Of a stretch of DNA of 64,000 bases, positions 24,791-36,833 are shown piece by piece. Position numbers and translations under genes: made by a program. The stretch is from Octopus sinensis (Eukaryota), in NCBI RefSeq assembly GCF_006345805.1, contig NC_043000.1, positions 89,404,001 through 89,468,000 of the forward strand, read 5' to 3'. Within the stretch, counting starts at the first letter, position 1; the number at the start of each line of letters is the position of its first letter. The notes under the pieces are model-generated. The model worked only from the letters and a program-made list of their open reading frames with translations. It did not search any database and was not told the DNA's origin.

Positions 24791-26942
24791 AAAGCACAAA
24801 CACTTAAGTTGGTTTTGTTGGGATCCAACTCATCTCAGCTGGAGCAGACTTATGACCAAAGGTATTCCACCCGTGACCATTACGTGTTTTATGTCAGCAT
24901 AGTACATCATGGGGTAAATTAATTTAAAAGTTAACAAGGTTTGATTTGAGCAAAGTTAGCCTGGTATTTCTGGCACTTCGAATAACTAAAGAGAGAATAT
25001 GATTTCTCATAAGTTATACGGAGTTTCGTGATAAGTTGGCGTTGAGAAAAATCGCGTCCCCTAAATTATAATCAACCATGGCCACATCACTTCTCTCGAA
25101 AAACCAACAATAATCATAGCAACTATACTTCTAAAGATGAATATTAACAATATGGCCGAAGACTTTATAATAGATTAGCCAAAACTATTTGTACATGATC
25201 ATCAAGAATCCTAAACATAACTAATATTGCCCAATGTTCACACATCAATGCAATCACTACGTAGTAAAAGAAATGTCGAATTCTATGCCTATATGCACTC
25301 CCACACAATATAAAGAAATCAATTTCTGAATAATTTGACTTCACAAATTGCTGATAATAATCTGTTGCATGATTAACATCTACAAATATCAGTGACATTG
25401 AATTCTTGGTTTCATTGATTAATTACATTTAGCTACATTAAACTGACACGTTTCATAATATATATTATCTGCTACTGCTTTCGTTTATAGCAGAATCTTG
25501 CATTAATCAATATATTCACGTTTCTATGTGTATATGTCATGATATGTAAATATATAAATGTATATATACTATATTAAATCTCTGAGCGAGATATAAACAG
25601 CAGCAATACGGAATCATAACAATTAATTGCTAACCAAGTGTGGCGTCCTATACAGGACAGTGCTACTGACGTTTATAGTCCCAGGAAGACATCTCTTCCA
25701 GTTGGCTAACGAAAGGTAACACTGAAGACGTGTAGCCACCCAGAAACTTGAATCCGTGTGTATCACGTAAGGCTAGAGATGGTAGCGATGATCTCCCGTC
25801 GCAAATACTAATCAGACACAAAATACGTAAACTGACATCTGACTGTTTGAAGAAGACTTCAAAAGTAACTAGCAGTGACTTTTCTTGAAAAGGGACAAAA
25901 TCTGGCATCGTGGTATTATCAAGTACCAGTAGAAAAACGGTTTAGCCCCTAAGGACGTTCATGCTAACATGCTTACTACATTAGATGACAGTTCATCTTT
26001 ATCAGCAGCGCAAATTGAACAGATAAATTTAAGAAGGAAAGGGAGAGTCTTAAACATGACTCAAGGTCTGGACGTCCAGCAATTGCCACCACCGAGGGAT
26101 AACAGGCGATTGACTATAAATCAAATAGTCAATACTATTAACATACCGTATGAGAGAGTTCAGGATATTCTGCACAATGAACTTGGCATGACGAAGATCT
26201 CTGTTCGGTGGATCCTACGTCTTCTGACATCTGATCATCAGCTGATCAACCAGGCTGTACTTGTCTCTACTTGCAATAAAGCGATTAATTAGAAAATGAG
26301 ATATTTATTAACCTTTTTTCAGTACAACTTATTCAATATATGTATTTATCATTACTAAATCGATGTCTCAGTCTAGTAATCATTGAGTGTTTACTACAGC
26401 AGAGATTGTAATTTTTCGACGTTCCGCTTCACTACATGAACATATAATTAATTTTGTTACTGGGTATAATTAATTGTTTATGTTATGGGGGAAAGTCAAG
26501 TTCTCGCCTCATACACAATCATCATTGGTGTACAGGTGTTAATATACAGTTTAAGCTTCTGTGTTTGTGAGAAGCTAGTTGAATCAAGAATTAGGAAGAA
26601 CCGATAGGCTTCTGTTAATATTTAGTTTGTGTTAATTTTTAGATTTTAGATTGTTTTCGAAAGCGCAAACACATAAGTTGGTTTTGTTTGGATCCAACTC
26701 ATCTCAGCTGGAGCAGACTTATGACCAAAGGTATTCCACCCGTGACCATCATGTGTTTTATGTCAGCATAGTGCATCATGGGGTAAATTAATTTAAATGT
26801 TAGCAAGGTTTGATTTGAGCAAAATTAGCCTGGTATTTCTGGCACATCGAATAACTAAAGAGAGAATATGATTTTTCATAAGTTATACGGAGTTTCGTGA
26901 TAAGTTGGCGTTGAGAAAAATTGCGTCTCCTAAATCATAATC
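24791..26942 (+). repeat. 283-bp direct duplication (24791-25073 and 26660-26942)
   Basis: The two copies differ only by scattered substitutions; spacing is 1869 bp. Confidence 0.9.
25893..26250 (+). pseudogene. Mariner transposase N-terminal remnant (irritans-like)
   Basis: Frameshifted peptides DKIWHRGIIKY..GLAPKDVHANMLTTLDD, SRSGRPAIATT and RRLTINQIVNTINIPYERVQDILHNELGMTKISVRWILRLLT. Confidence 0.75.
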
Positions 26943-28959
26943 GTTTAATAATGAGTGACAAGTTCCTGTCATTATATTCCGGATATGCTTATGCTATAAA
27001 ATGGAAATATGAAGAATTATTCATTTATTTTATTTAAATTAATTGCTTCTGAAATTTATTAAATTTTTTTTTTAATTAAATATCTTTTGTGAATGTATGT
27101 CTGAACGAACTTATTGAATATTGCCAATCTCTCATCACTGGTAATTAATTTAAAATTTGGTTTGTATAGGATTTCTTTTTTAATTTTGGTTTCTACTTGA
27201 TTATTTGTTTTTGTTTTTGTTTTTTTATGTGGTGTTCTGCAATATTTTTCGAAATGGATTTATTGAATAATACTAGTGCCATATCACTGCTAATTATTTG
27301 TTTATTGAGAACACTTATAAGATATTTAGTAATGATCTTTCCTTGACTATTGTTAATTTTAATGAGTGCTTTTAGTAATTTGATCGAATTATTTCTGTTT
27401 AGTTTTGTTTTACGTGTCTCACATAAATCAATACATACCATTGATTAAACAGAATGGCTTAACAAGGAGGTCTTTCTGAAGTTATATAAACCTTGACTTT
27501 AATGGTTCTGCAATTTATATGTAATAATATATCTATCATGCGATCATATTTAAAAGTCTTCTCGTCAGTAATATATATTCCAGGTGGTCATATTTAAAAG
27601 TATTTCTTTCATTACTATATTTGTCTTGTGAATATATCTATTTAGAAGCCTTCCTATCAATATGGCAGAGAAACGATGCAACTATTTTTGGTAAAATCCT
27701 TTGTGAGTAAAGCAGTGAGTATTTGTGCTTTTCTTCACCCGTGTCACTCACATTCTCTCGTTGCTTCACTTTCTTGTTGCTGCTCCTTAACCTCAGGTCG
27801 GTCTTTGTTGAACTTTTGATGAAACACATCCCAACTATAACCATTCAGTAGTTTTGTTCAAATATAATGTACTCTGAACTATATTTTTTTGAGGACGTTA
27901 TGGTTATCGCTAGGGATAAATATGATTACTATTTCTGAAAAACTAGCGACCAGGAAGGCTACTTATTTGGCTCATATTCATTTTACTAGAGGCATATGCA
28001 ATGTGCTTGATGATAAAATGATAAAGCTATTTGCTAATTCGGATATTTAGTATTCTAGGCCTTTCAGATACTATTTTTGTTTAATGAATATTAAATGAAA
28101 GGTTAATTCCCAATAGTACTAATTATAAATTATTTATCGCTAAACGAGGTTCCATTATAATCGTTGAAATACATACTTCGAGGTTAGGTCAAAGTTGTGA
28201 GGTTATCGCTAGAAACCTTTCATTTAAATCTAAAATGTGAGGGTTTGTAATTAATTCTGGATTCATGCGTTCATTTAAGGATCCCAAGAGCCTCTAGTTT
28301 GTCTAGAAAATGCTTTATTTATCATGTGATTCATAATCTTAGTCTCCAGGTTAATTATCTAACAGCTAGCAATGATGAGACTTAAAAGGAGATCGATCGA
28401 TACTTTTGTGGTGTTTATAGGATTTTATTCTGTGAACGATGTCAATGGAAGCAGATCAGTAATTTTCTTAAGACACTGGGGAGTAAAATAAAAAGTTTTG
28501 TCATATTATGTCTGTGACAGTTTACACTAGAACGCTTGTAAATAATATTTCAACATCAACATTCTTACAAATCACCTGACTCACTGATTTTTAAGAATTT
28601 CTGAAGATTTGTATGAAGTGTTAATTTCTAATTAGTTATGTTGTATGGTTTGCTTAACTTCTTTAGTTTCTTTTTTCATTCTGTGTTGTATGTGGTATCA
28701 AAGAAATTCGAGGTCTCTCTGTTTTGACAACACCATCAATACAATATGGTGAAAATTCGCCCGCAGCTTCCGGATGCTTCAATTTCCGCTTTATAACAGC
28801 TAATCTGAGTTTTTTCTTTAGTACAGAAAGTGTATTACACTCACACTTACGCACACACACACACACACACATACACATACAGAGAGAGAGAGAAATACAC
28901 GCGCACACGCGCACGCACACATACACATGCACAAACACACGCACTCACACTCACATATT

Positions 28960-29570
28960 GACAAAACTACTCGAATTTTGATTTTCGAAATAATCAGAAC
29001 TTATTCTGAAATTCGGAAGAAAGATCCCAACTCCTGTGACATTTTCTGAATACATCTACTGAACTCTATGTTATTAAATACTTAAAATGCTATTCATATA
29101 TATATATAATTTAGAGTGTGTTCCTCTGTCAGATTTATGGTTTACTGACCATAAGAAATCATTGAAAAAAATATTAACCAACGCAAGGCTATATCCATTA
29201 ACAACGGAACCAAAAGTGAAAGAATGCGGTCGGCCTAACTGTGACACATGCCCCGCCTTTTGGAGGGTATAGAATTCCACTTTAAACTAGGTGAAATATA
29301 TAAGATTGAATCAAATTTCATCTGTGCCTCAGAAAATCTAATCTATGCCATTACCTGCTTAGGATGTGGTAATTAATATTTTGGCCAAACAGGAATATCA
29401 CTCCGTCGAAGAACCATCCTTCACATATAACAAATCCGCCACCCACAATACAGACAGATACAGACTTCCTAATTTTTCCCTTCTATCAATGTTCACAGAA
29501 CACATCAGTGCAGCAAAGAATGAACAAACAGGCAACTTTCATCTATAAATTCCACCCACAACTTAACATG
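28960..29570 (+). pseudogene. Penelope-like element remnant: linker and GIY-YIG endonuclease
   Basis: Peptides SLKKILTNARL..KVKECGRPNCDTCP, FICASENLIYAITCLGCGN*YFGQTGISLRRRTILH and IFPFYQC..FIYKFHPQLN. Confidence 0.85.
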
Positions 29571-29970
29571 AACACATAACATCATACGGAAAACTACCCA
29601 TAATACCACTAACTCCCATACATCCCATACAGCATTCTTATTACGGTGTTATATCTACCCTAACTGCACCACATCCAGAACGACTTACCTCCCTTACATA
29701 TAATCTTTTTACTCAGGGACTAGTAGACCCAACACCTTCGATAATCGGTGCCCATTCAAAGCCAGTAAACAGTAATTCCAAATAATGTCTTTTATTCCTC
29801 TTAATTCTACCTTAGTTCATCTAATTGTATGTATTTATCGTTACTTTTCAATAAAAAGCCTTTATTTTTCTTTTGACATCCAATGTTTATTTTCGCTCTT
29901 TTCTTCTTACTTTCCCTATACCTCTTCCACGTGTAGTTTCTATTTTCTTTTTGAAACATCTCTCTCTCTC

Positions 29971-30028
<58 letters not shown>

Positions 30029-30249
30029 ACTAATGTAGGCTAAAATTTTTTTCGGGAAAAAAAATTTCATCAATGGACAGCATATCAAAAAATACCTTTG
30101 AAGGTTAAATTTATAAATAATTTACAATATAAGGGCAAAAGAAAAAATTCTAATGCCAAATATGCCAAAAAAGACAAATATTGTCGATTAACCATTATAG
30201 TATATGCGTCTCGAAATAAACTGATAGAAATTTCTAAAAAAATTCGTTA

Positions 30250-30309
30250 TTACCGTATTGGACCAATTTCGGAGTTAATTCATAAGAATTTTCCCCTCTT
30301 CAGCGGCAA
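30250..30309 (-). ncRNA. Type I hammerhead ribozyme motif (left arm)
   Basis: Reverse complement is identical over 60 nt to 31396-31455. Confidence 0.8.
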
Positions 30310-30400
30310 ATACGTGAGATATAAGTGAAATACTTACTCATACCCATGGAAAAAGCAAACACCAAGTCCTGAGCAGACCTAAGTACCTCAAAAATAATAC

Positions 30401-30768
30401 GCGAAATGCGTAGCTGTATTTCGTCTGCCGCTACGTTCTGAGTTCAAATTCCGGCGAGGTCAACTTTGCCTTTCATCATTTCGGGGTCGATAAATTAAGT
30501 ACCAGTTACGCACTAGGGTCGATATAATCGACATAATCCGTTTGTTTATCCTTGTTTGTCCTCTCTCTGTTTAGCCCCTTGTGGATAGTAAAGAAATAGG
30601 TATTTTATCTGCTGCTACATTCTGAGTTCAAATTCCGTCGAGATCGATTTTTGCCTTTCATCCTTTCGGGGTCGATAAATTAAGTACTAGTTGCGTAGGG
30701 GGTCGATGTAATCGACTGGCCCTCTCCCCACAAAATTTTGGGCCTTGTTCCTAGAGTAGAAAAGAATA
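30401..30768 (+). mobile_element. SINE family A dimer (partial head, tailed module, terminal body) inside the captured segment
   Basis: Begins GCGAAATGCGTAGCTGTATTTCG; internal junction AAAGAAATA|GGTATTTT at ~30599. Confidence 0.85.
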
Positions 30769-31395
30769 TATGTTTCTTTTCTGGTTCGCTTCAGTTTTTA
30801 TACGGGAAGTTTATGAAACAATATATGTGATACGAGAAGGATCCAAGAAACGAGTCATTCGAATTTGGTAGAACAGGAGCCAGACATTAGAGTGTGATCT
30901 CCCTCTGACCACATTCTGATATTGCTAAAAGTTATAGACGTAATAAGAATAATAATGAACGTGATTTTTGTTTTGGAACAGTGGATCTCGAAGTACATGA
31001 AACTATAAGAGTATGTATGTATTGAGTTGAAAAACTCTTTTGAATTTCAGCTATAACTATCCCAAATGGTTTTTCAACTTAATGTATAATGTTTTATGCG
31101 TTGCAGTCCAGTGGATTTGTTCCAAAATTAATCTCTAAAAGATTTATCACGGAGCTTTTGTCATAGACCTAGATGTATATGGTACAACCGAAAATATTAC
31201 CATATTTTTGTACTCATTCACATGGTTGGTCAGGTGGAAATGACTTCATAAGCTCCAGTTACGATCATGGTCTGAACCAGTGTACACAATTCGTTTCATA
31301 TTGAAACGTTTATCAAGGATGATGGATTGGAAGGCTATTATTTTTTAGGTACTTAGGTCTGTTCAGGACTTGGTGTTTGCTTTTCCCATGGGTAT

Positions 31396-31455
31396 TTGCC
31401 GCTGAAGAGGGGAAAATTCTTATGAATTAACTCCGAAATTGGTCCAATACGGTAA
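31396..31455 (+). ncRNA. Type I hammerhead ribozyme motif (right arm)
   Basis: UUGCCG-CUGAAGA-GGGG-AA-AAUUC-UUAU-GAAUU-AA-CUCC-GAA-AUUGG-U-CCAAU-A-CGGUAA. 6-bp stem I, two-part stem II, palindromic 5-bp stem III, AUA triplet. Confidence 0.82.
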
Positions 31456-31588
31456 TAACGAATTTTTTAGAAATTTCTATCGGTTTATTTCGAGACGCAT
31501 ATATTATATTGGATAATCGACAATTTTTGTCTTTTTTGGCATATTTGGCATTAGAATTTTTTCTTTTGCTCTTATATTGTAAATATAT

Positions 31589-31635
<47 letters not shown>

Positions 31636-31638
31636 TAT

Positions 31639-31900
31639 CTTCAAAATGAGAAAAGGAAGAAATGAATAAAATTTACATACAGCTGTTTTTATTTAAAGAC
31701 ATTCAAATTATACATAGAAATGCCTACCTACAGCTGTTTCCAGCTGCAGTGAGGCATTTCTACGTATAATTTGAATGTCGTTAAATAAAAACAGCTGTAT
31801 GTAAATTTTTTCCATTTCTTCTTTTTCTCATTTTGAAGTTTATTCAAATACCTATACGTTTCGGTGATAAACTAATATACTTGGTTTCCACTGAATGCTG
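31639..31900. mobile_element. Fold-back pseudo-LTR-like fragment (arms 31639-31725 and 31752-31838) with a hammerhead 3' half
   Basis: Spacer reverse complement contains GAAAC-AGCT-GTA-GGTAGG. Related to the 45596-46680 family, sharing the end CCTATAC..TCGGTGATA..TACTTGGTTT. Confidence 0.65.
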
Positions 31901-32061
31901 TTATAAACCGGTGAACTAACATACTCGTATCCCTTAAGGGACTTTAGTTCAACAAATATATATATTTGTGTGTGTGTATACACACATATATATATATATA
32001 TATTTGTGTGTGTGTGAGTATTCATATACATATAAGTATATAGGTATTATGTATGTATATG

Positions 32062-32098
<37 letters not shown>

Positions 32099-32920
32099 GT
32101 GTGTGTTTGTGTCCTTAGTTTCAGTCATTCGACTGCAGCCATGCTGGAGCAATTACTTCATTCTTTTATTCTTTGAATAACTATTTGATAGAAATAAATG
32201 TGTATGAGTATACAGATATAAGCTGACAGATTAAAATATTTCGAGAAAATGTTCAAAAATTGCATATTCATATATGAGTTTTATTTTTTTGTTTCATTCA
32301 AAGTCCGAATTCTTTTTGCCGGGTTTCTTAATTTCCTAACACAAATGCATTTCATACTCAACTCGAGTATCTGTAAGTCCATGACTGCAGTGAAGGAACT
32401 ACACGCACGCATACACACACACTGAAACACACACACAAATATCTAAACGGACAGTCTAAAATGAGTGAAGTGTTGTGTATTTTGTGTTTGTACGTGTATG
32501 ATTGTAATATGAAGAGCCACAAGTAGGTTAGTAATATCTAGAAGCAAGACGAATGGAGACATACTTAAATCTTGGGTACACTTGTGATGACAGAATATGC
32601 GTCTTCACACATGACAGTACAGCTGTCTCGCATACATATTCCTATATTATTATCCAAATGAAAGACAGATGGTGTCTTGCCCATTAGGTTTTTGTACTAA
32701 ATAATGTTAAAAATTTTACTGATGCCACGTGCAACAATACTGCATTTCCTGAATTTTTCAAGAATGAGAGACCCTTGATGTATGACGCAGGATAGGTATT
32801 CGACATTTGATCTAACTAACAGGAAAGCACTTATTCTCGTTCGTCAGTCGTCTCAATTTTTCTCTGATCTTCTCCTTCCTTTCTCGTTCTGCAAATTTCC
32901 AAACGTTTTTATTGAATAAC

Positions 32921-32993
<73 letters not shown>

Positions 32994-33004
32994 GTGTGTG
33001 TGTG

Positions 33005-33035
<31 letters not shown>

Positions 33036-33124
33036 CGGTCTTTTGACTACTGTCCTACTAGCATCCGTTTCCTTCTTGTTTCATCCCCTTCCTTTCTTTT
33101 ATTGTTCACAATATATTCTTTGCT

Positions 33125-33315
33125 GTTAATGCATTGCAACGTACATTCTGGCTCTTTAGATTCTGAGTTCGAATCTCATCTAGATCAACTTTGCCTTTTA
33201 TCCTTCCAAGATCTATAAAATAAAAAAAATCACTTAAATATTGGGTTCGATTTAATGGCCTAACGTCTTCCCTTCTCAAAATTTTCACTTTTGTACCTAT
33301 CATGAGAACAAATAT
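33125..33315 (+). mobile_element. Highly degenerate SINE family A
   Basis: TTCTGAGTTCGAATCTC..CAACTTTGCCTTTTATCCTTCC motifs. Confidence 0.5.
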
Positions 33316-33505
33316 TTCTATCTGTCTATCCATCTATCTATTTATCTATCTACCTATCTATCTATCTGTCTGTCGATCTATCTATCTGTCTGTCGATCTA
33401 TCTATATCTCTGTCTTATCTCACTCTCTCTCTATTTCTCACTCTCTCTCTTACCCTTACTTTCACTTTCTCTCACTCTTTCATTATCACTATCTCTCTCT
33501 ATCCC

Positions 33506-33553
<48 letters not shown>

Positions 33554-34041
33554 CCTTTTTCTTTCTTAGATGATCAGTCAGCAGAATCTTTAGTGCATTA
33601 GACAAAACGTTTAGCTGCTGATTTTTGTGTCTGGTGTTCGGATGCAATGGAGACCAGCCTTCTGAGGTCATAAAATATAGCACTCATCGATATTTAGGAT
33701 TAAGTTGATTAATTATACCTGCCCAAAATTTTTACAGCCTCGTATCTATGATGCAAATAACTACTCTCCCTCTCCCTCTCTCTCTCTCTCTCTTTCTCTC
33801 TCTCCCTCTCCCACTTTTATTACTTCTCGTCAATTAATTCATCACTATCAGTAAGTAAATATTTTATCTCTCTCCGCCCAAATATCCTTCTAATAACGTT
33901 ATACATTTCACCCGCGCATCAAAATAATTTATTCCACTGCAAACATTTTATATCTTCTATTTGTTCCAATATCAGATAACCGCTACATTCATCAGCTGCT
34001 ACCTATTCACTTTTGCCTCTTAATATATGTTGCTTTTCTAA

Positions 34042-34063
34042 GACGGCGAGCTGACAGAATGTT
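34042..34063 (+). mobile_element. First 22 nt of a SINE family A head, forming the 5' flank of the Tx1 LINE
   Basis: GACGGCGAGCTGACAGAATGTT compares with the heads GTGGCGAGCTGGCAGAAACGTC (41611) and GCGGCGAGCTGGCAGAGTCGTT (reverse complement ending at 58116). Confidence 0.7.
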
Positions 34064-34215
34064 CGTGGTAAGAATTGCTGTTTCTTGGTGTTAATATTGT
34101 TAATAACTGTTGTTTCTTGTTAAACTGTTGAATAACTTAACTGTTGGAGTTTTCAATTGAAAACACTTAGTGCTTGTGGTAGCACGCGTTGTTCATTCCC
34201 CCTTTGCGGGGAAGA

Positions 34216-35340
34216 ATGTCGTCTAGCATGGAGCCTACCGTTGGAGCAGAAATACTTGTTTCTCCTGTTGAGAGGAGGAAATACATGTCCGGCGAGGAGC
34301 CAACTACAGACAAGGAAATAGGGGTTTCCCCCGCTACAAGAAGGAATAGCAGAGTGGATAATATATTTGATTTTTTTGGAGATGTGTCTGAGAGCTCGTC
34401 AGAACTTTCACCAGAAGAGTTTCCGACTTTGCCAGAGAACAAAGGCATTGTGTCGAAGAGAATAATTGATGTACCTAGCATCCAGATAAAACCAAAAAAT
34501 GGGAAAAAAAGTTTTGCGTTGGCTGCTGGGGGTGGAACCCGGCTACTGTCGACGAATAAAAGCGATGATGAAAATAACTGACAACGGTGTGAAAATTGAA
34601 CCTCCGCAAAAGTTATTACAAGAAGAAAAAATAATTTTCAAAACATATTGTCTACAAAAATAAAAATTGAAAGAATGTCAGAAGAGAAAATAGAAAAGTG
34701 CTTAAAGCCAATATGGGGCGACGTAGTATATCTGAGAAGAGGCAAAAAATTCGGAACGGTGGAAGTAAGGTTAACCAATAAAGAAATAGCACACAAGAAC
34801 TCAGTTGAAACGCTGAAAACGAACGACGTGGAGCTCATCCCCTATTGTATGGAGATGAAGACGTCCAGAATAAAAATTACAAGGGTCCCGCCAGAGGTCG
34901 ACCCTATGTGGTTGTTGGCGGCAGTCCTAATCAAAGGGGTAGAAAAAATTACTCTCCTCCAGGCTACCGCTACGGAAAACCCACGCTGGGATGGTCAACA
35001 ATTAATCTTCTCATTCAAGCGAACCCTAAAATAATTCAAACAATTCCCGAGACAATTGAGGTAGGGGAGGAGAACCTCGTGGTGTTTGTTGAGGGCTGAA
35101 AACCTCGATGTTTTTTATGTGGTCAATTAGGCCACATTCGAAGGAACTGCAAGGAAAATGAAGAAGAGGAGGAGAGGAGAAAAAAGACATAGAGGAAGAA
35201 GATAAAGAAGAAACAGATGAGAAAAAAACAACAAACAAAAGAAAAATACAACCAGCAACCCAGCCGAGAGCGGCGACTACTACAGAACAACGACCAAAAA
35301 AGACTGCCAGAAGAGAAAAGAAGAAAAAGGCATAATAGCC
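34216..35340 (+). pseudogene. LINE ORF1 (gag-like), frameshifted
   Basis: Pieces in ORFs 34189, 34648 and 34845. The CX2CX4HX4C knuckle CFLCGQLGHIRRNC is at 35109-35150, just after an in-frame TGA. Confidence 0.8.
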
Positions 35341-35719
35341 GTATACACTAAAGATACTGAGCTCATGAGAGACATTCAACTGATAAAGACTGTAAAAAAA
35401 AAGATAACCTTTCAGGGGAATTTATCAATTACGACATATATGAAGTCTCAAATAAGACTTATAGAATTCTACAAAATAAATACAGAAAGACTGTATCTTC
35501 ATTGAGATTAGATTTTAACAAGTCGATATTTCATGGATTACCAGCCCCGATCCCGCGAGAAAAGGAAAAGGTGGAGATTCCCCCCTCCACCTGATAATTC
35601 TGTGTCGGTGGTGAGACGGATTTTGACAAATCTATTTCCCAAGACCGTCCACCTCCGACCCTGGATCAAAAAAAGGTGGAGTGTCCCCCTCCACCGACAA
35701 TCCTGATTAAACAGGTAAG

Positions 35720-36830
35720 TTATGTCTATTCACATTGGTTGTTTAAATGTTCATCGCCTGTTGTCAAGCTGGAAGCAAGGACGCTTTCTAATGACATCAG
35801 GTCGAGAAATTTGGATGTAATTGTTGCAACGGAAACCCGGGTGAAGGGGCCAAGAGATCTGCTCCCCCTCCTGAACGGCTACGAGATACGTTTCTCCGAG
35901 TCGGGCGGGAGGTGGGGGTGGGGTGTTGGTCCTACTAAAAAGAAACGGGGTAGCCGAAAAAAAGTCGGTTTTTTCTGACCCAGAGGCAGGCTGGTCGTTC
36001 TCAACTTGACATTCAGTTGTGGCAAGACAATCAGGCTAGTCGCTATTTACGCACCAAACATTATTGGCCCGCAAACTGAATATTTTCGTGGCCTAGGAAA
36101 GTTCCTAGCCACGTCGCATTCACTAGTAGTATTAGGAGACTCTAATACAATATGTGCAGCACACACAGATTGTGTTGGCTCAAGCTCGAACATGAACAGA
36201 AAATGTAAAGTCAATTTCAGCTAGCAGATCCATATAGGTTGGAGCACCCGAACACTCCACAGTGGACGTGGTCAAATAGTGACGGGTCTACCAGAACATA
36301 TCTAAATAGGATTTTAATTAGAGAAAAAGATAAGTCCATAGTTGAGTGTCCACAGTTTTTTCTAGTCAGCTACAGTGACCACAAGATGGTTACCTGTAAA
36401 CTGACGGTAGCTAAGTTGCATAGACAGGGATCTGGCTACTGGAAACTCAATACGGCCCTTTTGGCGATTGAGGAGTACAGAAAGCGGATGAAGATGTTAA
36501 TACAGAGGGCATTAACAGGTACCATCATTAATAACAAATGGTGGTACGCCCTAAAAAGAGCCATCAAATGAGTCTATTAGGTTTAGCATAAGTTTAGCTA
36601 AGAAGGGACGTAAAATAGAGATGGTCTAGTTAAGGAACTAGAAGAAGCCTGGAGGACTGGTAATACAGACCAAGCGAGGGTGAAAAGACTGGAGTTAAAC
36701 CAGCATCTTGAAGCCCACCACATGGGAAGTATTACTAGAGCTAAGTTACGTGCAATGGGAAGTGAAGGAATCAAAGCCGCTGGATGGGCCCGAGTGGTGG
36801 AAGCTCGACAAGGAATAGTTTTCTATTCGG
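35720..36830 (+). pseudogene. LINE ORF2 N-terminus: APE endonuclease and linker, frameshifted
   Basis: Motifs LDVIVATETRV, IRLVAIYAPN, LVVLGDSN, WTWSN..TYLNRILI, SDHKMV and GYWKLNTALL. Confidence 0.85.
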
Positions 36831-36833
36831 TCT

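Larger units (their letters stand above)
30120..31584. mobile_element. Inverted pair of hammerhead-bearing arms (30120-30399, 31336-31584) enclosing a ~945-bp copy of DNA from 39.3-40.2 kb
   Basis: Arms are about 95% identical apart from a 30-nt indel (30314-30343). The insert 30401-31345 matches 39334-40233. Confidence 0.85.

Noticed and set aside
24791-26942. LTR retrotransposon or TRIM with 283-bp LTRs
   Set aside because: No TG..CA termini, PBS, PPT or TSD; the interior consists of unrelated relics.
30120-31584. Pack-MULE or foldback DNA transposon
   Set aside because: No TSD or MULE-type termini; the arms contain hammerheads and end in (AT)n, which fits Penelope-type pseudo-LTRs better.
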